Origin: an uncultured Gammaproteobacteria bacterium
Lineage (GTDB): Bacteria > Patescibacteriota > Patescibacteriia > Magasanikbacterales > UBA922
Direction: 5' to 3'
DNA: 41,570 nt
Assembly: GCA_964390625.1 (NCBI GenBank)
Contig: CAYMID010000002.1
Coordinates: 17,481 to 59,050, forward strand
In this document: in pieces, positions 41,093-41,570 of the stretch
How the letters are laid out: the number at the start of each line of letters is the position of its first letter
Numbering within the stretch: the stretch's first letter is position 1
Made by a program: the position numbers and the translations under genes
Notes under the pieces: generated by a model
Databases searched by the model: none
What the model saw: only the letters and a program-made list of their open reading frames with translations
What the model was told of the DNA's origin: nothing

Positions 41093-41492
41093 ATTCGGCA
41101 AAGGCTAAAGCGAGGTTAGGAATAATGTTGTATGATGCATGATTAGCTGGATCAATCCATTCAAATGCATCATGGTCTGGGCCAAGTGTCACCTCGCCAC
41201 TGGCTTGGCAACCAAAGAAGATGCCTATAATCTGCCATTGCTCACCGCGGGGAGTGGGACGCCATTCGCCCACATAAAAAGGCGTGCCAACTGTAATATC
41301 AAGTCCAGTTTCTTCTTTAACTTCGCGCGTGAGCGCATCTTGCCACTGTTCACCTGGAGTTAGGCGGCCACCTGGTACATCATAGCGGCCAATATTAGTA
41401 CCGTCTTGATACTGGCCGGCTTCGCGAACAACCAAAACTTTACCATCGCGTTCAATAAACGCCTTGGTGGCAATAAAAAGTTTTGTATCCAT
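41079..41492 (-). CDS. NUDIX hydrolase
   Basis: NUDIX box PGGRLTPGEQWQDALTREVKEETGL. Start MDTKLFIATKAF (ATG 41492). Confidence 0.8.
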   Translation of the reverse strand: MDTKLFIATKAFIERDGKVLVVREAGQYQDGTNIGRYDVPGGRLTPGEQWQDALTREVKEETGLDITVGTPFYVGEWRPTPRGEQWQIIGIFFGCQASGEVTLGPDHDAFEWIDPANHASYNIIPNLALAFAEYGRK

Positions 41493-41493
41493 A

Positions 41494-41570
41494 TTAGCGC
41501 AACACGTTTTCGATACGTTGGTTGGCTTCAGCCCAATTGATGTTGGCGACAAACGAGTCAATGTAATCAG
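41494..41570 (-). CDS. 3' end of an unidentified gene running off the window
   Basis: Open frame ...DYIDSFVANINWAEANQRIENVLR-stop. The TAA at 41496-41494 lies 1 nt before the NUDIX ATG. Only 24 codons are visible. Confidence 0.3.
   Translation of the reverse strand, partial: DYIDSFVANINWAEANQRIENVLR

Noticed and set aside
1-41570. CRISPR arrays, rRNA genes, IS elements/transposases, integrases, restriction-modification or toxin-antitoxin pairs
   Set aside because: No spaced direct repeats and no recognisable catalytic motifs (DDE, tyrosine/serine recombinase, HNH, PIN and so on) were seen in any long ORF.

Overview
This 41.6-kb window is a gene-dense chromosomal segment from a small-genome bacterium whose genes mostly lack Shine-Dalgarno sequences. 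The gene content and several conserved hypothetical families suggest a CPR/Patescibacteria-like lineage, but that placement is inference only. Backbone genes in order: rarA, an NRAMP transporter, a head-to-head elp3 / Trm9-like methyltransferase pair, a second NRAMP-like transporter and a PLP-dependent enzyme. Next comes an unlisted LysW-like zinc-ribbon ORF, then a tightly coupled minus-strand operon (mraY, Bpt/Ate-like transferase, two small membrane proteins, mpl, NUDIX). After that: an ATP-grasp + NlpC/P60-like pair beside murB, hpf, a decayed Bro-N-like pseudogene, secA, secD, secF, dus, folD, tRNA-Gln(CUG), a secreted C39-like peptidase, dnaX, a SWIB protein, cysS, a short archaeal-type pyrH, dnaG, rpoD and two further genes including a NUDIX. 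No CRISPR array, rRNA, transposase or integrase was seen. Observations worth a second look: (1) A three-gene module built around a membrane-anchored VirD4/TraG-type ATPase (30407-34046). An ATPase-less paralog of its N-terminal ~400 aa lies elsewhere (24000-25397), preceded by an unlisted two-TM mini-protein. (2) Three short GC-rich islands (about 60-67% GC against a ~45% background) sit exactly in intergenic slots. Each ORF start is preceded by a G-rich Shine-Dalgarno-like element, canonical GGAGGA in two and a G6 run in the third, which backbone genes lack. Two of the islands have host-type extended -10 promoters. (3) An AT-rich pair of paralogous Cys-motif membrane proteins sits inside the mraY-mpl operon. 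(4) SecD carries a ~235-aa tandem parvulin (PPIase) insertion. (5) The Elp3/Trm9-like wobble-uridine pair has start codons that overlap in a CATG palindrome. Function calls come from reading motifs in the supplied translations, and no database search was run.
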